In this document: positions 1 to 12,611 of the stretch, piece after piece
Position numbering within the stretch: position 1 is the stretch's first letter
How the letters are laid out: each line of letters starts with the position of its first letter
Source of the DNA: Marsupella aquatica
Lineage: Eukaryota > Plantae > Marchantiophyta
Reading direction: 5' to 3'
Assembly: GCA_973895155.1 (NCBI GenBank)
Contig: OZ316898.1
Location: 11,369,187 to 11,433,186 of the forward strand
Length of the DNA: 64,000 nt
Program-made: the position numbers and the translations under genes
Notes under the pieces: generated by a model
The model's input: only the letters and a program-made list of their open reading frames with translations
The model's database searches: none
What the model was told of the DNA's origin: nothing

Positions 1-1837
1 TGGGAATATTCACTTCTGGGATCCTCTGGAGGGGCTCTTAATTAGTACAATAGAAGGACGACGAGATATAGCTGGTGGAAGGCTTATGAGTGACCGCAGA
101 ACAGCTGCAAATTCAACTTCTGGAAAAGCTTTCAACACCATCTGCTACTCTGGTGACGGAAGTTATCTGCTGGCAGGCGGTTCCAGCAAGTACATCTGCT
201 TGTATGACATTGCTGATCAGGTGCCATATGCAATTCCCTCTTTACGAAATTTGAAAGGTTACGGAGTCTATAAGGCTTGCTGGGCTTGGTTGGGACTAGG
301 GTGTCTTTACGCATAAAGAATCTAGACATATACGTTGATGTCATAACTGTGGTCCACCTCAGGTTTCTTTCTTGCTTCCAGTTTGTTTTACGTGTTTCTG
401 ACTGTCCACTAGGACGTCCTGTTCATAGAGCTTATCGGTATTAATCGTAAGAATGCCATTTACTGTGCTTCCATCTGTATCTCATTTGACGTGTTTCTGA
501 CTGTCCAGTTAATGAAACAGTCCCTCTTCCTGGAGATTTTCGTTGTTGGCCATACGAATTTCAATTACAGTGCTTCAACTAAGTCTCATTTGACGTTGCT
601 GTCTGCAGGTTTTGCTGAGAAGGTTTCAGATCTCGTTTGATACGTCTCTCGATGGAGTTCGAGATCTGTTGAACTCTAAGCAGATGACAGATGCAGGGCC
701 TTTAGATCTGATTGATGATGATAACAGTGATGGAGAAGGGATGGATTTTGGGGCAAGAGGACAAGGATTGCCCGGAACTGGCAAGAAGAACAGCAGGGCT
801 GTGGTCCGCACAAAGTGTCTGCAAATATGTCCAACAGGTCGATCTTGGGCAGCTGCAACATGTGAAGGTGTCTTGTTGTTTTCCATGGACGATGACTTGG
901 TCTTTGATCCTACAGATCTTGACATAGATGTCACTCCTGAGGTAATGCTCTGCTTTGCTTTGCTACTTTGGATCATATTGTGAGTGACCTCTGGCCATAA
1001 TTGTTGCATTCAATGCCATCGAGCACTTCTCTTCATACTTGGAGTGGAGAGGAAAGAGGGGCTAAGCTTCAGTATCATCTCCAGTACGTTCTTTTGCTCC
1101 GTCAGAGTCTGCCAGTACCGTACTTTTTATATGTGAGATGATGGGGTGGATGACGTTTTGAATGTGGAACCTACTCTAATGATATCTTTGAGCCAAACGT
1201 GTAGATAATTGAAGATGAAGTAACAGTGAATTCTTCGAAGAGGATGCTATGATAGACAAAACATTGGATTGGGAGCCTGACATGAGTTATATTCTTGTGA
1301 ATCTACCGTAGGGGATCGAGGATGCAGTTCAGAAACAGCAGTATTCACGGGCTGTCGTGTTGGCACTACGTCTGAAAGAAGTGAGCCTGATACGAAGGAG
1401 TGTGGAGAGTGTTCCTTTGAGGGACATATCTACTGTCAGTCGTTCTATACCTCTTTCGTACTTGGGCACGCTCATCGTGGCGTTAACTGGATTCTTGGAC
1501 AACTCCCCACACCTGGAGTTCATACTGGAGTGGTGTCAGGTGGCTCCTTCCTTCCCGTTTTGGTATTGGTTCAATTGTGCTTCTAGCGTTAATGTCTTTA
1601 TTGTAACCTTCATCTGTGTATCATTGCACTAACAGACAGCTCGAAATGCAGGAGATTTGTGTCGCACACGGTAGAGCTATATTGACAAGGAATAAGGAGC
1701 TGCTACCAGCTTTGAGGTCGTTACAGAAAAGCTTAACGAGGCTTCATGAAGACCTGGCCAGTGTTTGTTCCACAAATTATTACCTGCTGCAGTATCTGTG
1801 CTCAGCCCCAGCTGAGGTTCAAAATGCCTCTCAATAA
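1..1837 (+). CDS. PWP2: Periodic tryptophan protein 2 / UTP1 (SSU processome WD40 protein), 3' part; exons <1-220, 609-941, 1312-1539, 1652-1837
   Basis: Spliced reading gives ...TIEGRRDIAGGRLMSDRRTAANSTSGKAFNTICYSGDGSYLLAGGSSKYICLYD..., SWAAATCEGVLLFSMDDDLVFDPTDLDIDVTPE and SPHLEFILEWCQEICVAHG (Utp12-like C-terminus). All three introns are GT-AG and in frame; stop TAA at 1835-1837. Confidence 0.93.
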
Positions 1838-4800
1838 TAACAGGTGATCGATCAAGCTTCAGATGAGTAAGCAAGTTTAAGACGTGGCACACTCCAGAGG
1901 ATCTTCGACTTGTGAAGAATGCTGTTCTCAATTGAGTGATGACGATTTGCGAATTTCGACAACGTGAAGGATTGGGGGCTCAGAACGCCTCTTCTCTTGT
2001 CTTCAAGAACTAAATTTCCAGGTACGTCTAGTGAGCATAGGTTTTTTCTCAGTAGAGGTGGTATGGACCTCTTTATCCGCATTGAAGTACCGATGTTATA
2101 TTTCTAGATGGCCACAACGAACAAGGACACTGAGTGGACGGCTGGGCAGTAGATTGATCCTTCTGTCAATTCCACTTTCTGCTGCTATGTTTTCCCGTGT
2201 GTAACATACTAACAGTTCTTCTTTCCTCGGAAAATGTTTAGCAGGGTCAGGATTGGAGCGTTCTCCACGATTTGGGGTGAGAGTAGGCCCAAGGGCCTCC
2301 AGCCATCAGCTCCAAGAATTCTGGGATCAAATGGTCAGTTCCAGTCAATTTTGTGTTAGGGGACATGAAGATAGGTACAGTAGAAGTGCTCGCCATCCGA
2401 AATGTCCACGGATCTTTCAAGTGATAGGGACTCAGTGGTGGCATCTTTACCAGTGAGGTCTTCACTTCCTTATATATTCATTCTGAGATCTGTTCAATCT
2501 TTGTGGCAAAACAAAATTTGAAGTTCCCCTATGTCAGCTGTGCCAAATGTAATCGTTGCGGTTTTATTGCTAAACGAAGTCATCCAGAACGTACTAACCT
2601 CGTTTGAACCCTATGAAAGGTGGCTCTTCGCCCCATCAAATTTCTCTCTCAGCTTGGTAGCGATTACTCCAGCTTACGTCAATGCCCGATAAGAACTTAC
2701 AAACCGAACTGATCATATAGATGGCTCCTCCTTCAAAACCATCATGGCCGGAGTGCTTTGTGGACGGTGACAAACCACACTCTCTAATGGAGTTCAGATT
2801 TTTGCTCATAACGGGATGGGTTGGGTTAGAGTGTCCAAAATAGGCAGTTCCATGGTCCGAATAGGCAAGGCACAATCTTGTACTTTTAACAAAGAAACAT
2901 CAACAACTAAAGCGAAATCGAGAATCAGGGTACTCATAGCAATGTCGTCGTAAGTCAGGGTAGGTTTATGTTATTTGGGATTCAAAGTTCTTCTATGGGG
3001 GATGAGAATGGCGATATTTCATTTAAGGGAGTTGGTGCAATTTGGCAGACTATCACCAGCACAACGAGAGTGCTGAAAATGTGTTACATGTAACCTTTTC
3101 CTTGTGGCAATCATATGTTTTCAGTTGCCTTCATGGTCATACTCGTCGTTGTATAATTTCTTCCCAACAGCCCCACTGGCAGTGTGCTACCTCAGCCCAT
3201 TTGAGACGGTCCACGGTCATTTTGTTTCTCGAGTCGGAGAGCCACGAGAAACGCTGTTCTTTACTTCTAATCTTTCCTTGGGTCTGGGAGCCACCTGAAA
3301 TATCTATGACATCATTGTCCTATGACTGTCCTCAAGTTGAGTCGAATACTTTGTACCCCATCTGCGAACTTTAACAAAAGTTCTAACGGAATTCCCGTCG
3401 AAGACGTAGGTCGAAGTGACTGAAAAATTAAGCCAGTGGAAGAGTATTAAGTCGACGGGCTTCGTTTCATACAAAATCGGGCAAAACTAAAGAATGAGGA
3501 ATAATGTATATAAAAAAAAAACATTCGGCCGTGCAGCCGTGCAGCCTCGCATGTAGCTCTAGCTAGTACGTACGTGGTGAGGAAATCCGTCCTTGGGATC
3601 CCCGATTGCAAAACGTGCGGGCTCATCTACAGAATGTGTTCTATGATCAGAAAACTGAATCTCGGATATCTCACTTCTGCAAGACTGAAGACTTGGAGTT
3701 GATGAATTAGAATTAGGAGGTCATTGATTACCGTAATATTTCCACTGTTAATGTTTGATCTCCAAGCCCACTTAAAAAAGGAGCTGGGTTCAGCATCTCA
3801 TTTAGTTTTGCAGCATAGTCAAGATCGATCAGATATACACAAAGCGACAAAATAGAACAACTCGCTTCTCAGCAAGAAACCATAGACCGAGAAAATTAAA
3901 ATTTGGGTCTGTGAAGAATTTAGGCTCTTAGTAAGTTTGCGAAAATTACGCTTCCCCATAGTATGTGACACAGTTGCACTTGCGGAATTTCTTCTCCAGG
4001 TACGACCTCCACGACCACATCGATCCTCGGTCAAGCAGCAAACAACTAATAGCAAAAGCTTAGACGACAACAATTTCCTTTGACGTGACTTTGGAATCCG
4101 CATGTGAGGTTCATAGCCATACTGATAGTAGGTATTAATACCAAAAGTCGACGACTGTCATTCAGCAAGCAACGCACATTATGGATTCTCTGTAAGCATC
4201 AGAACGCAAATTATAGAGTGAGACTAGCCATTCTGACCGTTGCATCGATTCCCGGTCTCGTTGGGCAAAATTCCAATGGAGACATGCGAAGAACATTCAT
4301 CGCTAAGTCTGGAAGGACGACAGAGAGAAACTGTGATTAAAGTATGCGTCCTATATATTTGACCGTATTTTAGCCGATTGAACACCCATGCACCATCCTC
4401 AGTCCAGGTTAGTGTACAGTACAAGATACGGCGGAGCTGGCTTCGTCTCTTGTTTGGTCTAAATGGACAAGCTCAATCACGGGACCTAGCCTACACAGCG
4501 CCATCGGTTCCCGAGGTAGATCATATACGACTGTGTATAATGGGAGTTTGCCCAAGTTGTGGTTTGGATCTCGTCTGCTCGAACCTTGGGATGTCTCCTA
4601 ATTAGTTATTTTGGATCGGAATCAGTTGGTCGTTGAGTCGCCGCGGATTTCCAGCCAGGTTCAGCGACGCCAGATCCAGTGATCTACTTACCAGATCACC
4701 AGGCCACTAGGTGCTTGTCTTACAGCTGGAGCAAAAGTCAATCAGGACTGTAGGTCGGTAAGCGTACGGCGGGAGAGTTTTCTATTGTCTTTTCGAGAGA

Positions 4801-7027
4801 AGGTTCTGAAGTAGAGATCGACCCATTGAAGCGAATCACGACTCGGTTTGGCCAAACATTGATCCTTTCCAAATTGCCCAATGTCACCTAGAGTTTCACC
4901 ATGGGAGGTGATTATGCATGTGGCCCGGCAGAGTGGCATGGTCTGGTGAGGGTGACTGAGCTCTCGTGATCCTCATGACTTCTACGAAGTTGGCATGATG
5001 TGGTTCACTTAAATAGTACGGGTCATGAAGTGGAAGAGCCAGGGGAAGAACTCACTTCACACTGTCATGACAGTCAGATCGATACCACCTCAAACCTTAA
5101 TCTGACCATAGCCGATATGGTATCCCGGATTGAACGGCTGAGCTTCAGATTCTCAAAAGGATCTCTTTACTTCTGGATTACACTATGACACTCATGCTGC
5201 TGCTGCATGATGCACGAGAGTCAGGCCGTAACCTACTTTCGTGTACTTTGGTATGGATTGGTTTCTTGACATTCACACTAATAAGCTCAAGATTTACCAA
5301 TTCAAGGCCGCGGCAAATTGACTGCGGCCACTCAAAGAGGTTGTGTCTCTTGGTTTAACTCGAATTCGATTCTGGTTCAAATGCGGATCGAGTGCTTTAA
5401 GAGATCGCTCGTGCCGGCGTTACAGAATATACTATCGTCGTAACTACCGCTAGCTAAAGCGAAGTTTACATATATAATCGAATCGCTGACATATGTAGGT
5501 ACACCTACCGAGTTGGACGTTCACTCGGGCTATTCTGCTCCATCTGTTTACAGCAGCTCTCCGACAAAGGGAACATTCTTTCCGGGATCAGCAGAAACAC
5601 TTGTCATTGCTTGCCTTGGTAAGAATGTTCTGATACTAATTCATTTGTCTCATCCTTCTTGCTCAAGAACACATAAACAACCGGCTTATTCCTACGATTC
5701 ACAAGTTCAAACTGAATTGTCTCATCTCAGTAAACATGAACACAGATACTATGATTTAGATGTCGGAACTTGTAGTAAAAAAATGAGTATAAAACACTCA
5801 ATTATGAGAGCCCTCAGGCGTCAGTTTTCTTCCTCCTCATTCTTAGGTTTCTTTTGTGGGAGTCTTCTTTTCCTCCTTGGCAAGCCCGCTTTGACACACA
5901 TCGATGCATACATGGAACATTGTTGTAATGCTTTCACAGGCCAGGTACCTCAGTTTCTGCGTTTTTAAGAGCTCGAACTTCTTTCTTTCTCGGGCTAATG
6001 CTTAGATTTCTCAAATTTTTCTCTTATACATGCATAGTATAAATTGCCGTACAAGTTAATGGATATATGTGACACCTCAGTTTTTGCATATTAATGAGCT
6101 TGAATTGATTGCCTTTCTCTCTCGGGCAGAATGCTCAGATTTCTCGATTTTTCGCTCACATGCATATTTCAAACGGCCAGGCTACAAGTTTATAGAAAAA
6201 TTGAGTTTCTTCCTAACAAGACGAAGAAGTCGAGTTCCCTGGACAACACTGTCATACACACAAGGATCATCGTCGACAAGGTAGCTGCATTGTCGATAAT
6301 TGCCGGCCAGTCCTCTAGACTCCTAGTCCAGATCGAAGACAACTTCCTCAGACTACTTTGTTCATCCAGTACTCATGCATCTCACAGATTTGTACTGGCC
6401 ACTTATCTCAGCTTTCCAAAGTCACCCTGCATGATTGGTTCCTTATTCTCTGTGGTCCAAATGTAAAAGCGAGCTTCATAGGTTGAGTCACCATATATTA
6501 AGTTAGCCAATTTGTGGGGGTTCGTTTTTCTAGCCCGGTTCACTCTCAATTGAGGGCTTCGATCCATCATGTTGCACTTTGATCGGGAATCGATTGGAAG
6601 GCTCTTCTTGAGTTCCATCTTGCTGGGGCATCAACCTCCTTGGTTATATATACTCGAGGTTATACTCCGGACCGAATGAATGTACCAGTACTGCAGGATG
6701 AACATGATCTTCAGGAGTACAGTTGTGATCAACTTAATTGGTGAAGCGATGATCTTTCAGTAGGGAACCAGTAGTGCCGGCACATAATGATTACATCTAG
6801 GTCGTGGATCCACTTCAGCAAGTAAATTGCGATCATGGAAGGAGGGCAGCTGCAGGTGGTTGCAGAAGCTATATATTGAAGCTTGCTAGGTAGCCTTTTC
6901 AAGCACCGCCTAAGACTTAAGGGATACTGAGCCCAGATCCGAAGCTAAATAGCGTTCGAGGGCTAGTAGCCTAGGATCGATTCCAGAAGCCAAACGCCGA
7001 AAAACATTTGTAGGAGGGGCCTGTGAC

Positions 7028-10000
7028 ATGACTGGGAGGTCTAATATTCATCGAGTAACAGAGCAGGCTGCTGCATCACGGGCACATCCCAGCTTGTACG
7101 ACTCGGAATTTGGAAGACCAGTCAAAATGAGCTTAAATGGTCAGCACGATCGTGTAGACCTCACAATTTCCGAAGAACCCCATCCCAATTTGAGAGTATC
7201 TATCTTCTCGTTACTGCAGAAAACTACATTGCAGTTGAAACCTGCAAGGAGCAACATAGAAGACTGGTATCTTCATTTTGAAATTCCCCAGCTAGTCAGG
7301 AAACGCCTGACATTTTACCGTCTCCACATCATGTACTTCCTGTCGATCTCAATCTTGGGTACCATAATCTTATACACGGCACACAGATCCGACGCAGGAG
7401 AGAGACGTTTCAGTCTTGTAGACTCAATATTCAACGTAGTTTCTGTCGCCACGGTGACAGGACTCTCGAGTGTGCGAGTGGCAGATCTTTCCCGATTCGA
7501 TCAAGTACTTTTTCTAGTTTTGATGACTCTGGGCTCTCCAGCGTTTACTTCCCTCATACCACTTTGCGTCAGGCGATTCTATTTCTACAGACATTATCGA
7601 ATGCATATGAAAGAGCACATGAAGCAGATCATCTCAAGCAACGCCCCATTCAAGTTGGAGACGCCGAGACGGAGCGTTACCTCCGCAAATTCAGGTGCAC
7701 AGTTCTACTTTTCAGTCAGATACTCTTTGGCCGTTTGGCCAAGTTGTCAAGTTCATAGTACAATACTTACATGCCTACCCTTAATGAATTTTCCATGATC
7801 TATTTCGTTTTTAACAGTCTTGTATTTAAAGTGAAAGCCGTGTCTACATTTGCAGTTATTCATTTCCAAGTATGAGCAGTACAGAAGCTGTGGCACGAGC
7901 ATTAAATTTTAATGGAGATCCTATATCATGCATTCGCTGTCTTAAATCGCAGGTGTACATGAAGAGGATCAAACGGTCTCAAGGAATTGGGATGCAGCTT
8001 TGACTTTTGCGACAGCCCCCCAGTTTGCGAACAAGCCCCTCTTCATCACCTCTCCAGGACACTCAAAGGGTAATGATAGAAGAGAGACCCATCAACTTGC
8101 TCTAGATCTCACGGTGGATATTGTTCAAGCGTTCGACAGGCCCCAGTCGAGTTCAATCGATGCTCAGCTGGATGGAGATTCTGAGAATCATGTCCACTTG
8201 TCCAGACCACGTAAGCCCGGGCCAGAAACTTGGCCAGGTTCCCCTTGCAACAGTATGAGGACTATCGAACACAAGGGATTGGTGGTTCTTTCCTGGATGG
8301 TCCCAGTCTACATTGTCCTCACTCAATTGGCAGGGATTGGACTTAATCTGATTGCCTTAGCGTTCAGCCGATATTCATTAGAACTCCTCAAAGAAAGGAA
8401 TCTGAATACCTTCTTTTTCTGCGTGTTGACCATCATGGCCGCCTTCAGTAATTCTGGACTTCCTGCCAATGACGATAACCTAGTTCCTTTTCAAAAGGAA
8501 TACGTTCTCCTTATCCTCTATACTTCCATTTCTCTCCTGGGAAACCTCCTCTACCCTGCCGTCCTACGGCTTATAATCTCGACCTTCCATTACCTTGCGA
8601 GCGAATCAAGGAAGCCTGTCTACAGTTACCTCCTTAATCATCCCAGGCGCTGTTTCACTCACCTGTTTCCACAAAAGCAAACCGTGTGGCTGGTTATTAC
8701 GGTCATTGGTTTCACAATGTTCCAGCTCGTTTTCTTCTGTGTGCTGGATTGGAATGAAGAAGCGTTGAAAGGTCTAAATCCCCTAGCCAAAGTCTTCGAT
8801 GGGATTTACCAATCTGTGAGTGCGAGGAACGCTGGTGGAGACGTCGTTATTATCGACCAGCTTGCCCCGGGTATGCTGGTCCTTTACGTCTTCATGATGT
8901 AAGTTTTCGCTCTCGGAGTGAAAATCCTGAAGTTTTCCCTTTTGTATATTTCTAGACCAACGTACTGTACCCGTTCATCTTAGACTATATTGTACCCTAA
9001 ACTTGGACAGAGTAGGTATTCTTTTTGTGATTATCCAGCCCTGATGTGAGTCTGGATCTATATGTTGGACATCTAAATATTCGGCAAATCTTGTTAAACT
9101 CTTCTCCCGATTGAAGATATGTACCCACAGGGTTGTTCCCATGTGTCAACTGATCTTGTGAAAGGTAGCTAAGTACCCTAATTGAAAGTAGTATTGAACA
9201 TCCGTCCCGAATGTCCTGCAATTTGAGTCAGCTAGATATCCCCGGGTACAAGGATATAAGTCCCGTGAAAACTAAATCCCGACCAAATCATGCGTTTTAG
9301 TACATCCTTATTGGAATGAGCCTAGAGTTGCTTTTAATCTGCTGAGGGATTCTGACTAGTTTGGGGCTTCTGCATGGGCACGCAGGTTTATTTCTTCGTA
9401 TCCAGTGGCCTTGCTACGGCAGAACTCGACGGTATACGAGCACACCGAAATGGGCATTTATGATAAGCGCTGGGAGGAGGAATTGACGGACAACAGCATC
9501 TTGTTTCAATCCCGGAAACTATTTGCTAAGGACTCTTGTGGCCTGTGTCTGGTTCTGTTCGTAATCTGCATCATCGAGAATGAGAATATCGACAGTGACC
9601 CTTTGAACTACTCCGTCTTCAACATTATTTTCGAGATTGTCAGGCAAGTTTAATTTGGTACTTACCACAAAATTGTCCTAACTAAGCTATTAAGGTTTCA
9701 CTGAAGTTCTGGAGACGAAACTTAAGGTTCTTGAAAAATCCCCAAGATAGTTTCTAACTGACTAGTGTTTATGTCTCCGTGCTTCAGTGCATACGGCGGT
9801 GTGGGAATGTCAGTGGGTTATAATTGCAGTCTTCGACTACCACGACCAAATCAACAGCTTCCTACTTGCGAGGATGTACCTTATAGCCTTTCTGGCAAGT
9901 GGAGTGCCTCCGGGAAAATGATATTGGCCATTGTGATGTTCATGGGCCGTCACAGAGGCCTGCCGCATGACATTGACTCTGCAATTAAACTCCCGTATTT

Positions 10001-10163
10001 CAACGAAACTCCTTCACCGAGTGGCAGTTGCACTCCAGGGAGGAGCATAAGTACAGCTTTTGCACCGTCACCCGTTGAGCCTAGTCCCCTTGACTGCGAA
10101 TCCCTCGATCGAAAATCTGAAAGCGGCCAACAACAATCACAACTTGGCTTCGAGAGAGGGTAA
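7028..10163 (+). CDS. HKT: HKT/Trk-family (TrkH domain) K+/Na+ transporter; exons 7028-7694, 7953-8898, 9386-9643, 9788-10163
   Basis: Four pore-loop motifs: SVATVTGLSSV, AFSNSGL, SVSARNAGG, FEIVSAYGGVGMSVGY. Also DPLNYSVFNIIFE and GKWSASGKMILAIVMFMGRHR. The last two introns fall at the conserved plant HKT positions (MM|F, S|AYG). Confidence 0.93.
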
Positions 10164-11466
10164 GTACAGTTATGTGTAGGATTCCTGAACATTCGATACA
10201 TAGTACTGTTTAGTTCTGGGGCTATGTAATTAATAAGTCTATTTATCTACGCTGGATGTAGGAAACAGCGTACATGATTCCAAGGAAGAACAGCGCACAT
10301 GACAAGTTCTAGAGATTTAGGCTCGCATGTTACATTCATTGGAAACGTGATAAGTTCTTGGAATCAACGTACAACTTTTGCAATTTATAAGGCGTCGCAA
10401 CAGCTGAACGCCTGTCTTAGTGAATGGATACCAATATCTTCAATCTGAACCCTCGTCTGAACCTTGTAGAGGATAACTGAGATGAATTAACGTGGCAAAT
10501 TTCCTCACCTTTCCTATGATTAACGATGTGATTAGGACCTCCTCCATACCAGTCACTAGCCCTGGAGCTTAGAGATCCGTCGATTGTCAGTACCCAGATT
10601 CATCAATATGGGATGGTAGTCAGATTCACCAAGGTACAGAGCCCTTGCTGTCTGGTCGATGAAAAGAGTAACCACTTCGGACCAAAGTAAAATGGAATCT
10701 TGTAGCCGGCTTCTTTTTTTCCCTCGAAAAAACCAATTGAATTTCATTCAAAAACTCAAAAAGCCGCATACAACGGGGGTGGCCCACAAAGGTGGTAAGG
10801 CGGTAAGCACCCGGGTGGACCGAAGGTCGTGGTACCCAAAGGACCGGTGTAGTAAGCTTCTGGGCTGGAGATCGATACTAATGTAATCTCATTCTCAAGT
10901 GGCTCCGTGTGGTTTCGTGCAGTGATGCAGTGGTAGAGAGCTAGCGTGGAGACGGATGGTTCAGTACTAGTGAAGGCATTGTAAGCCAGATGACTTACAG
11001 GCCAGCCACAGACGTCGCAAAGCACACTCCACGCTCCATGAGCACTCAATCAGCGGCGATCATACCATTCTTGGACCTCAAATTGCAAGACCATTCTGAG
11101 CGGGCACTCACAGAAGTGCAGAACTCTCCAAATCGCAGTGTGGTTTCACGAGAATTTATAGATCTACGAATGGTTGAAGCTACAACATACGGTCAACTAC
11201 AGTACTCGTCCAGATTGACTACAGTAGCTACATCAACTACAGTAGTCACGCACTGCACGGTTACCGCAAGTTGGGAGTACCGTGGTAGCCACTCAAACGT
11301 TATTTAGTTGTTCTTTGGAAGTTCAATCTGAGGCCTCCATTTTGTTGATCGACAAAACGGACGGACATGCACTGAAGAACGAAATCAAGTAAAATAGGAT
11401 ACGGTAGAATAATTGAGGATCATATTTATCATGCACCCCAATTAACTTGGGGTGATTGGTCCCTGG

Positions 11467-11598
11467 AAGTCATTTATGGCTGTCTTAGCCCGCGGCCTCC
11501 TGTTACTGACCAAATTGCGCTCATAGATATCAAAGTCATTTATGGCTGTCTTAGCCCGCGGCCTCCTGTTACTGACCAAATTGCGCTCATAGATATCA
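11467..11598. repeat. Perfect 2 x 66-bp tandem duplication
   Basis: AAGTCATTTATGGCTGTCTTAGCCCGCGG...TCATAGATATCA starts at 11467 and again at 11533. Confidence 0.9.
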
Positions 11599-11879
11599 AC
11601 AGGAATGGTAGCTCTCTATTATAGTTTAGAGAACCATCCATTACAAAACCTGGATCCACAGGTTTCACCATTTTTAGACTTTTTCTTGAAATTGTGGACC
11701 AAAGTCTCACCCTAGAGTAGATAAATGTAAAAAATTGAGAAGTATTATACACTTGTCCCTTTATATGGACAGCGGTGATTTAACAAACTATGGGTGGAGT
11801 GCTAGTCAGACCACATGTGTGCTGGGAGGAACATGCACGGCCCAGGTCCTCACTTCTTTCTTCCTACCTGTCACCCAAG

Positions 11880-12134
11880 AATAAGTATAGGGTCTTTTAT
11901 TGGGTTTAGTGCAATACTTTTAAACTTTTGTTGAAGAACATTAAGGTTATTTTTAATCCAATTTTGAGAATTATAAGAATCATAGGGTTTTTTAATCAAA
12001 ATTTGGAATATTCCATTAAGTTAGGGGTAAAAAAATTCCTAAGAAAACTATATTGACTTAAGTTTTATGATGTTTATTCCCTCAAAACTTTGGGCGTGAG
12101 ACCCGTGAGGTGCACGGTTGGAACCCCCCTCTAG
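11880..12134 (+). mobile_element. Short non-autonomous repeat with Helitron-like 3' end
   Basis: Diverged inverted homolog at ~14495-14712. Ends in a CCGTG-aggtg-CACGG hairpin (12103-12117) followed by CTAG (12131-12134); the next base is G rather than the usual T. Confidence 0.45.
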
Positions 12135-12611
12135 GTGCAGTACTTGGATTTTGCACTGTCTGAGTGTCTGCCCGAGTGTCTGACCCTGCCCCAAAGGGGT
12201 TTTGAGACAAGCCTTTGACACTAAGGAAGAATGGGATGAATTTTTAAATTTTTGCGGGCAGCCGCCGGATGTGGACAAGCAGCTGACAGTCTAAATGTCA
12301 CAATGACTTTTCAGAGACTCGTCTCAATTGCTGTATGTCTGGAGGAAGCACTATTATTGACGGTGTTGTCAACAGGTCTTGAAGTGTAAGGGGAGATGAT
12401 TCCCTTGGGGTAGATCTCTGCAGTATAAATAATTTTGGCTATTGTCCACAGGAACTTTGCCCTCATTTCAATAAGCTGGCATGCCATGCCATTGGATGGA
12501 CACCCCAGAAGAAAGAGACAAATCTGAACCCAAAAATAAAAATGGTCATCAACTGATTGGATACTTGCAAAACGGCGCAAATCTGTTTGCGTTGCAGTCT
12601 TGCTTCAGCGT

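Noticed and set aside
2247-6618. Short ORFs between PWP2 and HKT
   Set aside because: No recognisable domains or coherent exon chain; treated as UTR, intergenic or promoter sequence.
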